A DNA stretch of 64,000 nucleotides from an uncultured Chloroflexota bacterium (lineage in GTDB: Bacteria; Chloroflexota; Limnocylindria; Limnocylindrales; CSP1-4). The stretch lies in the NCBI GenBank assembly GCA_947085195.1, contig CAMTVM010000030.1, forward strand, positions 337 through 64,336, read 5' to 3'. Position 1 is the stretch's first letter. The number at the start of each line of letters is the position of its first letter. Below are positions 44,572-55,187 of this stretch, piece by piece. A model generated the notes under the pieces. That model ran no database searches, was not told where the DNA came from, and was given only the letters and a program-made list of their open reading frames with translations. The position numbers and the translations under genes were made by a program.

Positions 44572-44832
44572 TCAGGCGGGTTCGCCGCTCCGGGCCAGGG
44601 AAGCCTTCGCCGTCGCGCGCGGGCCTGCCGCCAGGCGAACCTGGGCCTCGTGCTCCAGCCTGCAGAGATCGCGCCGTCCGCGCTCGTCCCAGCGGGTCGA
44701 GTAGGTCCGCAGGGCCTTGCACCGGATCACGTAGGCGGCCTGTCGCTCCCCGGCGCGCTCCAGGCGTGCGACAGAGTCCAGCACCGCACGGTAGAGCCCG
44801 GGCAGGACCTCGGCGGGGTTCTGGGAATCCAT
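44572..44832 (-). CDS. Hypothetical helical 86-aa protein
   Basis: Coding-like composition and GC3. No family recognised. Confidence 0.45.
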   Translation of the reverse strand: MDSQNPAEVLPGLYRAVLDSVARLERAGERQAAYVIRCKALRTYSTRWDERGRRDLCRLEHEAQVRLAAGPRATAKASLARSGEPA

Positions 44833-44976
44833 CCCCTGGAGCGTGCCCGTAACGCGGCTCGGCCGGTATGGGCGGGATGTCCCAGCGGCGGCCGCCGGGA
44901 GTCCGGGGTGTGGTGCCCGAGCGCACCGGACGGTGCGCGACGCGCAGAGCAGCCGGGGCGGCTCCGCCGGCCGGGT

Positions 44977-45324
44977 TCAGTCGCCCCGGTGTGCTCCGCT
45001 CTCGATCCGGAACCCGCGGCCGATGCCCCGGGCCGGCTCCCAGCGAATGATCAAGCGGTCCACGTCACCGGCCGGTGGCCCGGCCTCGAGGCGGAGGATC
45101 AGCGCCTCGAGGTCCGTGCGAGGGCCCTCCGCCACCACCCGGACGCTGCCGTCTGCCTCGTTGGCCACGAACCCGTCGAGGCCCAGGGCTCCTGCCTCGC
45201 GCAGGGCGAACACGCGGTAGCCGACGCCCTGCACGCGCCCGCGGACGCTCGCGTCCAGGCGGGCACGGGCGCCGGCGGCGCCGGGCGGACCGCTGCCGGA
45301 GGCGCCGGGCGGACCCATGGTCAC
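44977..45324 (-). CDS. acyP: Acylphosphatase
   Basis: VRGRVQGVGYRVFALREAGALGLDGFVANEADGSVRVVAEGP is the canonical acylphosphatase signature. The GTG at 45324 overlaps the holB stop; an alternative ATG lies at 45318. Confidence 0.85.
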   Translation of the reverse strand: MTMGPPGASGSGPPGAAGARARLDASVRGRVQGVGYRVFALREAGALGLDGFVANEADGSVRVVAEGPRTDLEALILRLEAGPPAGDVDRLIIRWEPARGIGRGFRIESGAHRGD

Positions 45325-46535
45325 GCCCCGCGCCGCCGGCGCGGCCAGCGAACCAGGAGCACGTCCAGGACCAGCTCCGGGCTGACGTTGCCCGCGATCA
45401 GCTCTTCCGCCCGGATCAGGCGGGCCAGCGCCCCCGCGGCGGCGTCCGCCGGCAGGTCTCGCGCGCCCGCCTCGATCTCCTCGAGCAGCCCGATTTCCCG
45501 GATCGACCCCTGCGCTCCGCGCTGGGCGAAGGCGAGGTCACGGGCCAGCGAGCGCCACGCGTCCAGCAGCAGCACGAGCGCCCGGCGACGCGTGGCGGCC
45601 GGAGTCTTCTTCGCCAGGCCCTCGTCGGCCGCCTCCTCCGGCGAGTCCCCGGTCGGCTCGGCGGCATCGGCAACGGGATCGGGCACGGGCGGCGGCGCGG
45701 CGGCCCTGCTCCGAGCGCCTCGCCTGGGCGCCTCCTCGACCGGCGGAGCGGGCGGTGCCAGCAGCGCGTCGAGCTCCATCGCACGGGCCAGCAGCGGCTT
45801 CGCGGCCGCCAGCCGACGTGACGGACCCTGCGCCAGGAGATCGAGGAGGGTCCGGGTGAGTTCGCCGCGGATCACGTCCGCACCGGCCGCGGTGGCGTAG
45901 GCGACGGCGAGGCCCGGCCTGCCGCCGGTCAGGCGGGCGAGGCGGGCTGCGGTGGGCGCATCGGCCAGCCCGCGCTCGACGAGCAGGCGCTCCACATCGC
46001 GGACGGAGAGGACGCCGAGGCGGATCCGTGAGCAACGGGAGCGGATCGTGGGCAACAGCAGCTCTTCGTCGTCCGCACACAGGATCACCGTGGTGTCGCC
46101 GAGCGGCTCCTCGAGGGTCTTGAGCAGGGCGGACTGCGCGTCCTCGTTCGCCCGGTGCGCGTCACGGATGATCGCCACCCTCCAGCCGCCCTCCACGGGC
46201 AGCAGCGAGAGCTCCGTCACGAGGTCCCGGACACCGCGCTGCTTAGCCTCCTGGCCGCCGATGACGACCTGGGCACCCGGCCCCTCGGGTCCGAGACAGT
46301 GGATGTCCGGATGGTTGCCATGCTCCACCATCCGGCAGGCGCGACAGCTGCGGCACGGCCGGCCGGCGCCGGTTGCGCCGGCGCACAGGAGGCCTGCCGC
46401 GAGGTCCAGCGCAAGGGAGACCTTGCCCACGGACCCCGGGCCGCTGATAAGGAGCGCGTGCGGAACGCGCGACGCCAGCATGGCGTGGACGGCCGCCGCG
46501 GCGGCCGGATGGCCGACGGTCAGGAAGCCGTCCAC
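45321..46535 (-). CDS. holB: DNA polymerase III subunit delta'
   Basis: GPGSVGKVSLA, zinc module CRSCRAC, LKTLEEP and the TIRSRC (SRC) motif. The start was set at the GTG at 46535 and is uncertain. The low-complexity C-terminus is unusually long. Confidence 0.8.
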   Translation of the reverse strand: MDGFLTVGHPAAAAAVHAMLASRVPHALLISGPGSVGKVSLALDLAAGLLCAGATGAGRPCRSCRACRMVEHGNHPDIHCLGPEGPGAQVVIGGQEAKQRGVRDLVTELSLLPVEGGWRVAIIRDAHRANEDAQSALLKTLEEPLGDTTVILCADDEELLLPTIRSRCSRIRLGVLSVRDVERLLVERGLADAPTAARLARLTGGRPGLAVAYATAAGADVIRGELTRTLLDLLAQGPSRRLAAAKPLLARAMELDALLAPPAPPVEEAPRRGARSRAAAPPPVPDPVADAAEPTGDSPEEAADEGLAKKTPAATRRRALVLLLDAWRSLARDLAFAQRGAQGSIREIGLLEEIEAGARDLPADAAAGALARLIRAEELIAGNVSPELVLDVLLVRWPRRRRGA

Positions 46536-46561
46536 GTCGCTGACGCTGGTCTGGCCGGGGA

Positions 46562-48553
46562 TCAGACCTCGGCCGTCCCGGCTGCCGGCTTCCGGGTGGT
46601 CCGGCGCCTGGGGGCCTCGGCCGTGACGGCCGGGACCTCCGCGACGACCGGGGCTGCCGCGGCCGGGGCATCGGCGGTCACCGGCTTGCGCGTCGTGCGG
46701 CGCTTCGGCGCGGCCTCCGCGACGGGCGCGACCGGTGTCCCGGCGACCGGGGCCGGAGCCTCGGCGGCCTGGGCCGGAGCCCCGGCGACCGCTGCCGGCT
46801 TCCGGGTGGTCCGGCGCCTGGGGGCCTCGGCCGTGACGGCCGGGACCTCCGCGACGACCGGGGCTGCCGCGGCCGGCTTGGTGCGCATCTGCGCGCGGAG
46901 CATCTGCTCGAGCTCCGGCGGAACCTCGCTCCACTCGGCGCCGCCCGTGCGCGGTGCACGATCGACGCGATCCTGGCGTTCCGGCCGCGGGCCACGCGAG
47001 GGCTGCTGCCCGCCGCGACCACCCTGGCCGCCCGGGGCACCGGCGCCGGCGCTTCGGCCACCACGGGCCGGCTCCGTGAAGCGGCCGGCACCGCTGCCCC
47101 GACCCCCGCCGTAGCGCTCACGGTCAATGGCCGCGGCATACGCGCTGCGGGCACCACCGCCACCGCGGCCGCCCCTGGCACCACCGCCCTGGCCACGGCC
47201 GCCCTGGCCGCGACGCTGCTCGGTGAGCAGGTACTCCGGGATGGCCGGCTCCTCGAGGTCCTCGTCGTCGTCCGGGAGGGGTGCCAGACCCGCGGCCGGT
47301 CGAGCGGCCGGAGTCCCGAGCTGGCGGTCCCAGACGGAGCCGAACGGCGTGGATCGCGGGGCTCGCCGCGGCGCGGCGAGCGCGTCCGGGTCGTCGAACG
47401 GCGTCGGCAGCTCGCCGGACGGCGTCCGCGACCGCCCGCCACGCGGGGTCCTCTCCGGGCGCGGGGGCGCCGCGGCGGCCTCGTCGACAGCCTCGTCGCC
47501 ATCGACGTCCTCCGCCTCGTCGCCGTCCGCGGCTTCGGCGGCCTCGGCAGCTTGGGCACCCTCAGCGAGTGGGACGCCCTCGACCGGCCCGACGCCGTCG
47601 ACGGCAAGTTCGTCCCGCCGACCACGGCCGCGACCCCGGCCGCCACGACGGCGGCGCCGGCGGCGGCCATCGCCGTCAACCTCAACCTCGCCCTCGTCCC
47701 GGGGCTCCTCGCCCGCGGCGACCTCGAGGCCCTCCTCCAGCTCCTCATCCTCGACCGGTGCGGCCGCGGCTGCAGCGGCCCGGGACAACTTCTCGCCCGG
47801 GAGCGCCACGAGCCCGCCCGACGACGAGCCGGTCGGAGCAGCGAGGCGCTCGCGCACCGGCTCACGACCAGCGTCCCGACCCGAGTCACGACCAACGTCG
47901 CGTCCGGAGGAAGAGCGCCCGCTGCGCGACCCGCCGGCGTACCCGTCGTCGCGCTCGGAACGCCCGCGACCGCGACCGCGGCCACGCCCCGTCCCCTCGG
48001 ACAGCTTGTCCGGAACCTCCGTCATCGACAGGTCGTCATCGTCGCCCGCGACACGGCGGCCGGAGCGCGTGGATCCCTTGTCGACCCTGGCGATCTGGGT
48101 GATGTCGGTGAACTGGTCGGCGACCTCGATCAGGTCCGACGACGTGTTGCCGCGGAAGCTGACCACCTCGACGCGGACGCCCATCTCCTGGACGGCACGG
48201 ATGGCGGAGGCGAAGTCCCCGTCGCCCGACACGATGACGGCGACGTCCAGGTTGCGCGCGGTCTTCATCAGGTCCACGACGAGCTCGATGTCGAGGTTCG
48301 CCTTGACCTTGCCGTCGCCGTACTTCCGGATGTCCTTGCTGACCACCTTGTACGAGTGGCGGGCAAGGAACTGGTGGAAGTTGCGCTGGTTCTCGTTGTC
48401 CGGGTCAAGCCCGGTGTAGGCGTAGGCGCGGACGAAATCCCGTCCGGCGGTGGCCGACTTGAGCAGCGTGACGTAATCGATATCCACGCCGGCCGCCTTG
48501 GCCGCGTAGAAGATGTTCGCCACGTCCACGAAGACGGCGACGTTCTTCCCCAC
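46562..48553 (-). CDS. NYN/LabA-like (DUF88) domain protein with ~480-aa Arg/Gly/Ala/Pro-rich repetitive C-terminal tail
   Basis: N-terminus: VAVFVDVANIFYAAK...DIELVVD...VSGDGDFA (NYN). The GTG at 48553 has GGAG 6 nt upstream. The tail carries RGRGRG/RGG tracts and three AP(R/K)RRTTRKP repeats. Confidence 0.8.
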   Translation of the reverse strand: MGKNVAVFVDVANIFYAAKAAGVDIDYVTLLKSATAGRDFVRAYAYTGLDPDNENQRNFHQFLARHSYKVVSKDIRKYGDGKVKANLDIELVVDLMKTARNLDVAVIVSGDGDFASAIRAVQEMGVRVEVVSFRGNTSSDLIEVADQFTDITQIARVDKGSTRSGRRVAGDDDDLSMTEVPDKLSEGTGRGRGRGRGRSERDDGYAGGSRSGRSSSGRDVGRDSGRDAGREPVRERLAAPTGSSSGGLVALPGEKLSRAAAAAAAPVEDEELEEGLEVAAGEEPRDEGEVEVDGDGRRRRRRRGGRGRGRGRRDELAVDGVGPVEGVPLAEGAQAAEAAEAADGDEAEDVDGDEAVDEAAAAPPRPERTPRGGRSRTPSGELPTPFDDPDALAAPRRAPRSTPFGSVWDRQLGTPAARPAAGLAPLPDDDEDLEEPAIPEYLLTEQRRGQGGRGQGGGARGGRGGGGARSAYAAAIDRERYGGGRGSGAGRFTEPARGGRSAGAGAPGGQGGRGGQQPSRGPRPERQDRVDRAPRTGGAEWSEVPPELEQMLRAQMRTKPAAAAPVVAEVPAVTAEAPRRRTTRKPAAVAGAPAQAAEAPAPVAGTPVAPVAEAAPKRRTTRKPVTADAPAAAAPVVAEVPAVTAEAPRRRTTRKPAAGTAEV
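46581..46876. repeat. Two identical 86-bp direct repeats (46581-46666 and 46791-46876) inside the NYN gene tail
   Basis: Verified base by base. The repeats are 210 bp apart, in frame, and each encodes PAAAAPVVAEVPAVTAEAPRRRTTRKPAA. Confidence 0.9.
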
Positions 48554-48609
48554 GTTGACTCCTATGTATGGGACGTGACCCGGACGCCCGTCCGGACCGC
48601 CCGGGGGCG

Positions 48610-49068
48610 CTAGGGGCGGCGAGCCGATCCGGCTGCCGCGAGTGGTCGCCGGAGCGTGGGTCCGGCGGGAGCGAACCCGGCACGCTCGAGGCGCGCGAGA
48701 TCCGCGGGGTCGGCGGGCTGCGCCATCTCGACCTGGGTGCAACCCTTGTTGCCGGCCGAGCGGAGCAGTTCCTCGAGCAGGGCGTCCGTCACGCGATCCG
48801 CGTCGTGGTCCGGGGCGATGACCAGGAGGTCGACCGTTCCCACGTAACCGCCGGCCGTGACCGACGGACGCAGGACGAGCAGCGCCCCGCCCACGAGCTC
48901 ACGTCGCACCTCGGCGACGAGCAGGCTCGCGTTCGGAAGGTAGACAAGCTGGCGAAGCAGGTCCGCGGCGTCGAGAGATCCCCGGCCCGATCGCGGGATC
49001 GCCGAGCGACCGAGCGCGGCCAGTCGGTCGATATCCGTGATGCGAGCCTGCCGGATCAGGTACTCCAC
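48610..49068 (-). CDS. GNAT-family N-acetyltransferase
   Basis: VGGALLVLRP...GTVDLLVIAPDHDADRVTDALLEELL...GCTQVEM has GNAT A/B motif-like organisation. The start was set at the GTG at 49068 and is uncertain. Confidence 0.65.
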   Translation of the reverse strand: MEYLIRQARITDIDRLAALGRSAIPRSGRGSLDAADLLRQLVYLPNASLLVAEVRRELVGGALLVLRPSVTAGGYVGTVDLLVIAPDHDADRVTDALLEELLRSAGNKGCTQVEMAQPADPADLARLERAGFAPAGPTLRRPLAAAGSARRP

Positions 49069-49245
49069 GCCGAGTACGTACCTCGTACAGCGAGCGGCCG
49101 GTGGTGCGGGTCGCCGGGCCGAACGGGTCCGGACGGGCGGCTCCGCTCCCTGGCCGCTTGAACGGGTGCCCGGGAGGCGAGCGACACGAGGCTCGAACAG
49201 CCGTCCCGAAGCGAATGGCACGGGATCCGGCCGCAAAAGGCGGCC

Positions 49246-49273
49246 TTGCATCCCTGACGCCAACCCCTATGAT
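49246..49273 (+). promoter_or_regulatory. Candidate sigma70-type promoter for livK operon (TTGCAT-N16-TATGAT)
   Basis: Hexamers read directly. A GGCCGC-aaaag-GCGGCC hairpin lies immediately upstream. This would give a ~155-nt leader. Confidence 0.35.
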
Positions 49274-49437
49274 ACGGCATCGCCCCGTGATCGAACTGTC
49301 CCGGGGTGAATGGGTCCCTCGGCCCGTGTCGTCATCACCGGCGTGCCGGAGCGTTCCCCGGCCACAAGGGGTGCCGTCACGGTCCGCCGGCATCGGAAGC
49401 CCGCGGGCATCGTCGAGGAGAATTGGAGGAGGCGTTC

Positions 49438-50724
49438 ATGAAGTTCATGCGTGTAGGCGTGGCCATCACGGCAGCGGCCATCGTGGTCTCGGCCTGCGGT
49501 GGCGCCACGCCAACCCCGGCCCCGGTCGCAACCCCGGGCCCGGTCGCAACCCCGGCCCCGGTCGCAACCCCGGGCCCGGTCGAAGATCCGCTCGGTGTCG
49601 TCCAGATCCCCGCCGGCGAGCCGCTCCACATCTCCTACTGGGGCGTCCTGTCCGGGGCCGACTCGTCCCTGGGCGAGGATTCCAAGCAAGGCGTCGAGGT
49701 CGCCATCGACGACCTGGGTGGCAAGTTCAAGGGTCGTACCATCCGTCTGACCACGGAAGACGGCCTGTGCACGCCGGACGGCGGCGCGACCGCGGCGCAG
49801 AAGCTCGCGGCCGACAGCACGATCGTCGGGCTCATCGGCTCGTCCTGCTCGGACGAGACGGTCGGTGGTATCGCCAGCCTCACCGCTGCCGGCCTTACGA
49901 CCATCTCGCCGTCCAACACCCGCCCGGCGCTGACCGCTCCGGATCGCGATGCGAGCTACGCGGGCTACCTGCGCACAGCGCACAGCGATGCGTTCCAGGG
50001 CAAGGCCGCGGCTGAGTTCGTGTACAACGAGCTGAAGCTCACCAAGGCCGCCACCATCCACGATGGCAGCACGTACGCTCAGGCGCTCCAGGGCGTCTTC
50101 GCCGAGGAGTTCGTCAAGCTCGGTGGCACGATCACGGCCCAGGAGGCCGTCACCAAGGAGACGACGGACATGAGCGCGGTGCTCAAGACCGTCGCCGCCA
50201 GCCAGCCGGAGATCATCTACTACCCGGTGTTCGTCGCCGCGGCAGGCTTCCTGAGCGCGCAGAGACCGACCGTCACCGGCCTTGAGAACGTCAAGACGAT
50301 GGGCGCGGACGGCCACTTCTCCCCCGACTTCCTGAAGGCCGCCGGCTCGTCCGCCGTGGGTCACTACCTGTCCAGCCCGAACTTCGCGGCCTTCGGGCCC
50401 GGCTATGCCGAGTTCCTCACCAAGCGGGCGGCCAAGTTCGGCGGCAAGCCGTTGAGCGTCTTCCACGCCCATGCCTACGACGCCACGAACATCCTGTTCA
50501 AGGCGCTCGAGCAGGTGGCGGTCGAGAATGCCGACGGCTCGCTCTCGATCCCGAGGGGCGCCCTGCGCGACGCCATCTACGCGACCAAGGACTTCCCGGG
50601 CATCACCGGCACGCTGACCTGCAGCCCCACCGGGGACTGCGGCGCACCGGTGATCGGCGTCTACCAGGTCACCCAGGAGAACGTCGACAAGCTCGAGATG
50701 CCTGACGCGGCCATCTGGCCGTAG
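49438..50724 (+). CDS. livK: Branched-chain amino acid ABC transporter substrate-binding lipoprotein
   Basis: GGAGGAGG RBS, MKFMRVGVAITAAAIVVSAC lipobox, a (PAPVAT/PGPVAT)n linker and a type-I PBP body (GVLSG, IGSSCS). Confidence 0.85.
   Translation: MKFMRVGVAITAAAIVVSACGGATPTPAPVATPGPVATPAPVATPGPVEDPLGVVQIPAGEPLHISYWGVLSGADSSLGEDSKQGVEVAIDDLGGKFKGRTIRLTTEDGLCTPDGGATAAQKLAADSTIVGLIGSSCSDETVGGIASLTAAGLTTISPSNTRPALTAPDRDASYAGYLRTAHSDAFQGKAAAEFVYNELKLTKAATIHDGSTYAQALQGVFAEEFVKLGGTITAQEAVTKETTDMSAVLKTVAASQPEIIYYPVFVAAAGFLSAQRPTVTGLENVKTMGADGHFSPDFLKAAGSSAVGHYLSSPNFAAFGPGYAEFLTKRAAKFGGKPLSVFHAHAYDATNILFKALEQVAVENADGSLSIPRGALRDAIYATKDFPGITGTLTCSPTGDCGAPVIGVYQVTQENVDKLEMPDAAIWP
49516..49583 (+). 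repeat. 18-bp tandem repeat (about 3.8 copies) encoding the PAPVAT/PGPVAT linker
   Basis: ccgg(c/g)cccggtcgcaacc repeated head-to-tail; read directly. Confidence 0.85.
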
Positions 50725-50763
50725 CATCTCGGAAGTCGCTCTCTCCCTGAGAGAACCGATCGA

Positions 50764-50802
50764 CCGCTGGGACGAGTGGGCGCCGCCTGCTCGTCCCAGC
50801 GG
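50764..50802 (+). repeat. Perfect 13-bp-stem hairpin between livK and livH
   Basis: ccgctgggacgag-N13-ctcgtcccagcgg; read directly. It starts 40 nt after the livK stop and ends about 30 nt before the livH start. Confidence 0.8.
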
Positions 50803-50831
50803 CTTACCCGTCACCTGACGGAGACCAGCAG

Positions 50832-51904
<1,073 letters not shown>

Positions 51905-51908
<4 letters not shown>

Positions 51909-53656
51909 GCGTGTCGACGATCCAGATGACCGGCATGACCGGCATGACCTCGAGCCCCTGGCACCTGCGCACTCTGCTGCGGACCGGCCTGATCGGTGGA
52001 ATTGTCGCGATCTACCTGTGCCTGGTCGGCATCGTGCCGGTATTCCATGATCGACCGCTGATCGTCGGCGTCGTCGAGCTCGGCCAGGCTGCCCTGCTCA
52101 TCACCTTCGGTGGTGTGGGCTACCTGGCCGCCCGCGGCCAGGTAGCCGTCTCGCGACTCCGGGCCCTCGTGGCCGGAACGGCCGTCGGCGCGATCACCGG
52201 GGCCTTCCCGACCGGACTCGTCCTCGTGAGTTCTGCCGTGGATCTGCGGGCCGTGTTCCTCAATGCCTCGCCGGAGCTCTACACCCTGCTGACCAATGGC
52301 CAGGGGACGTCATGGGCCTGGTTCCCGATCGTGGTCGGGGCGATCGCCGGAGGCCTGGCCGGCGTCGTGGCCGGGCTGCCCGTCGCGCTGCGCCTGCGGT
52401 TGCTGTGGAGCCTGGGGGCCTTGATCTTCTTCGGCCTCTTCGCAGGGCTGTTGCGAACACCCATGCTGGTGACCCCGCTGGCCGATCTGGCCCGCCTGCT
52501 GCTGTCCGCGGACGGCCTGACCGTCCCCGGCGCGATCACCATGTTCTTCGGGACCATCGCGATCCTCGCCATCGTCCGGAAGACGAAGCCCAGGCAGCGC
52601 GTGGACGCGCTGCCGAAGGCCCAGCGTCGCCTGGTCGTCGGTCCGCTGGCGGCCCTGGTCCTCCTCGTGATCCTGCTGTTCCCGCTCGCGATGGGTGGGT
52701 TCTTCGCGCAGGTCATCGCGACCGTCGCCCTGTTCATCCTGCTGGGCCTCGGCCTGAACATCACCCTGGGGCTGGCCGGGCTGCTGGACCTGGGCTTCGT
52801 CGCGTTCTTTGCGGTCGGTGCGTATACGGTCGCCCTGCTGACCTCGCCCGGCGAGTTCGGCCTCGCCCAGCTGTCGTTCTGGCAGGCGGTCCCGTTCGCG
52901 GTCGTGGCCTCGATGATGTTCGCGATCTTCCTCGGCCTGCCGATCCTGCGCATCCGCGGTGACTACCTGGCGATCGCCACCCTTGGCTTCGGCGAGATCA
53001 TCCGCATCCTCGTCGGCTCGGACCTGCTCAAGGGAGTCCTGGGCGGGCCGCAGGGGGTCCTGAACATCCCCAAGCCCATCAGCGTGGCGACCACCGACTG
53101 GCTGGCCGGGCCCGTCCAGATCTACTACATCGCGCTGATCTTCGCCGCGGTCGTCGGCTTCGTGGCCTGGCGCCTCCGTGCGTCGAGGCTGGGACGATCG
53201 TGGATGGCCATCCGCGAGGACGAGGACGTGGCCGAGGGCATGGGCGTGAACCTTGTCCAGACGAAACTGCTGGCGTACATGATGGGCGGCGCCTTCGCCG
53301 GCCTCGCCGGTGCCATCTCGGTGGCGCTGGTCGGGTCCGTGTTCCCCACCAGCATCCAGCTCCAGCTGTCGATCAACATCGTCGCCATCGTGGTCGTGGG
53401 CGGTATGGGCAGTATCCCCGGAGTCGTCCTCGGAGCGCTGGTCCTCATCGGCCTGCCGGAGCTGTTCCGTGAGTTCTCGGACTACCGCTTCCTGTTCTAT
53501 GGCGTCGCCCTGATGGGCGTCATGATCTATCGACCCGAGGGCCTGCTGCCCTCGAGGATTGCCAAGCGCGAGCTGCACACCGCGGACGAGCTGGTCGAGA
53601 TGGACGAGGCGAATTTGCTCGCACCAGAAGAGATCACGCAGGAGTCTGCAAGATGA
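51905..53656 (+). CDS. livM: Branched-chain amino acid ABC transporter permease with ~270-aa extra N-terminal membrane domain
   Basis: The C-terminal half has LGLGLNITLGLAGLLDLGFVAFFAVGAY and RGDYLAIATLGFGEI (LivM). The N-terminal half adds TM helices. Confidence 0.85.
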
Positions 53657-54468
53657 TCCTGCTGAAGGCGGAGCAGGTGACCAAGCGGTTCGGTGGACTG
53701 ACCGCGGTCAGCGCGCTGGACTTTGAGCTCGAGGAGGGCTCGATCGCCAGCGTCATCGGTCCCAACGGCGCCGGCAAGACGACGTTCTTCAACTGCCTGA
53801 CCGGGTTCTTCCGCGTGGACGAGGGCACGATCACCTTTGCCGGTGATCCGATCCATACCCTTCGCCCGGACGAGATCGCCCGCTGCGGGATCTCGCGGAC
53901 CTACCAGAACATCCGGCTGTTCAACAGCATGACGGCACTGGAGAACATCCTGGTCGGCCAGCACAACCACCTGCGCTCCTCCTGGATGGGCGCGATCATC
54001 CGAACGCCGTCACAGCGCCGGGAAGAGCTGGCGGCCCACAAGGAGGCGCAGCGGTTGCTGGAGTTCGTCGGACTCAAGGGCCGTGGCGACAGCCTCGCCG
54101 TGAAGCTGCCGTACGGGGATCAGCGTCGGCTGGAGGTGGCCCGCGCCCTGGCCAACACGCCGCGCCTGCTGCTCCTCGACGAACCGACGGCCGGGATGAA
54201 CCCTTCCGAGACCCTCCAGATGACCGACTTCTTCCGCAAGCTTCGCACCGAGCTGGGGATCACCATCCTGCTGATCGAGCACGAGATGCGCGTGGTGATG
54301 GGGATCTCCGACAGGGTCACGGTGCTGGACTACGGTCTGAAGATCGCGGAGGGGACGCCCCGGGAGATCCAGCAGAATCCACGGGTGATCGAGGCCTATC
54401 TCGGCCGCGAGGAGACCTCCGAGGCGGTCGCGGCCGGCGAAGCCGACAGCCTGGCGGCGGCGACCTGA
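53653..54468 (+). CDS. livG: Branched-chain amino acid ABC transporter ATP-binding protein
   Basis: GPNGAGKTT, RTYQNIRLF, LPYGDQRRLE and LLLDEP. Confidence 0.9.
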   Translation: MILLKAEQVTKRFGGLTAVSALDFELEEGSIASVIGPNGAGKTTFFNCLTGFFRVDEGTITFAGDPIHTLRPDEIARCGISRTYQNIRLFNSMTALENILVGQHNHLRSSWMGAIIRTPSQRREELAAHKEAQRLLEFVGLKGRGDSLAVKLPYGDQRRLEVARALANTPRLLLLDEPTAGMNPSETLQMTDFFRKLRTELGITILLIEHEMRVVMGISDRVTVLDYGLKIAEGTPREIQQNPRVIEAYLGREETSEAVAAGEADSLAAAT

Positions 54469-55187
54469 TGGACACGCCCCTCCTGTCCGTCGCGGACGTC
54501 AGCACCTTCTACGGCAGCATCCATGCCCTGCGAGGGATCTCGCTGGATGTGGGGCAGGGCGAGATCGTCGCCCTGATAGGCGGCAATGGCGCCGGCAAGA
54601 GCACCACGCTCAACACGATCAGCGGGATCGTTCGACAGCGCAGCGGCCAGATCGCGCTGAACGGCGAGGACCTCGGCAGGTACAGCGCCCACGAGATCAC
54701 AGCGAAGGGTGTCGTCCAGGTCCCGGAGGGCCGCCGGATCTTCGCCCGGCTGACCGTGTTCGAGAACCTCAAGATGGGCGCCTACGTCGTGTCCGACAAG
54801 GCGGTCGTGGCCCATCGGATCGACCTGGCCTTCGAGATGTTCCCGCGCCTGAAGGAGCGCCGGGGCCAGGTCGCCGGGACGCTCAGCGGCGGCGAGCAGC
54901 AGATGCTGGCGATGAGCCGCGCCCTCATGTCGGACCCCAAGGTCCTGCTCCTCGACGAGCCGTCCATGGGCCTCGCACCGCTCCTGGTGGACCAGATCTT
55001 CGACAAGATCCGCGAGTTGCACGCGCGGGGGACGACGATCCTGCTCGTGGAGCAGAACGCCCGGAAGGCGCTCCAGATCGCGAACCGCGGCTACGTCATC
55101 GAGACGGGCCGGATCGTCCTCAGCGCGAGCGCCGCGCAACTGCGCGAGGACGAGAGCGTGAAGAAGGCCTACCTCGGCATCGACTGA
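54468..55187 (+). CDS. livF: Branched-chain amino acid ABC transporter ATP-binding protein
   Basis: GGNGAGKST, LSGGEQQMLA and LLLDEPS. Confidence 0.9.
   Translation: MDTPLLSVADVSTFYGSIHALRGISLDVGQGEIVALIGGNGAGKSTTLNTISGIVRQRSGQIALNGEDLGRYSAHEITAKGVVQVPEGRRIFARLTVFENLKMGAYVVSDKAVVAHRIDLAFEMFPRLKERRGQVAGTLSGGEQQMLAMSRALMSDPKVLLLDEPSMGLAPLLVDQIFDKIRELHARGTTILLVEQNARKALQIANRGYVIETGRIVLSASAAQLREDESVKKAYLGID

Noticed and set aside
49516-49583. Short regularly spaced repeats considered as a possible CRISPR array (also 5339-5404 and 46581-46876).
   Set aside because: The units are contiguous tandem repeats with no spacers, or only two copies. They lie in frame inside coding regions, where they encode Pro/Ala-rich linkers. 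No cas genes are present.
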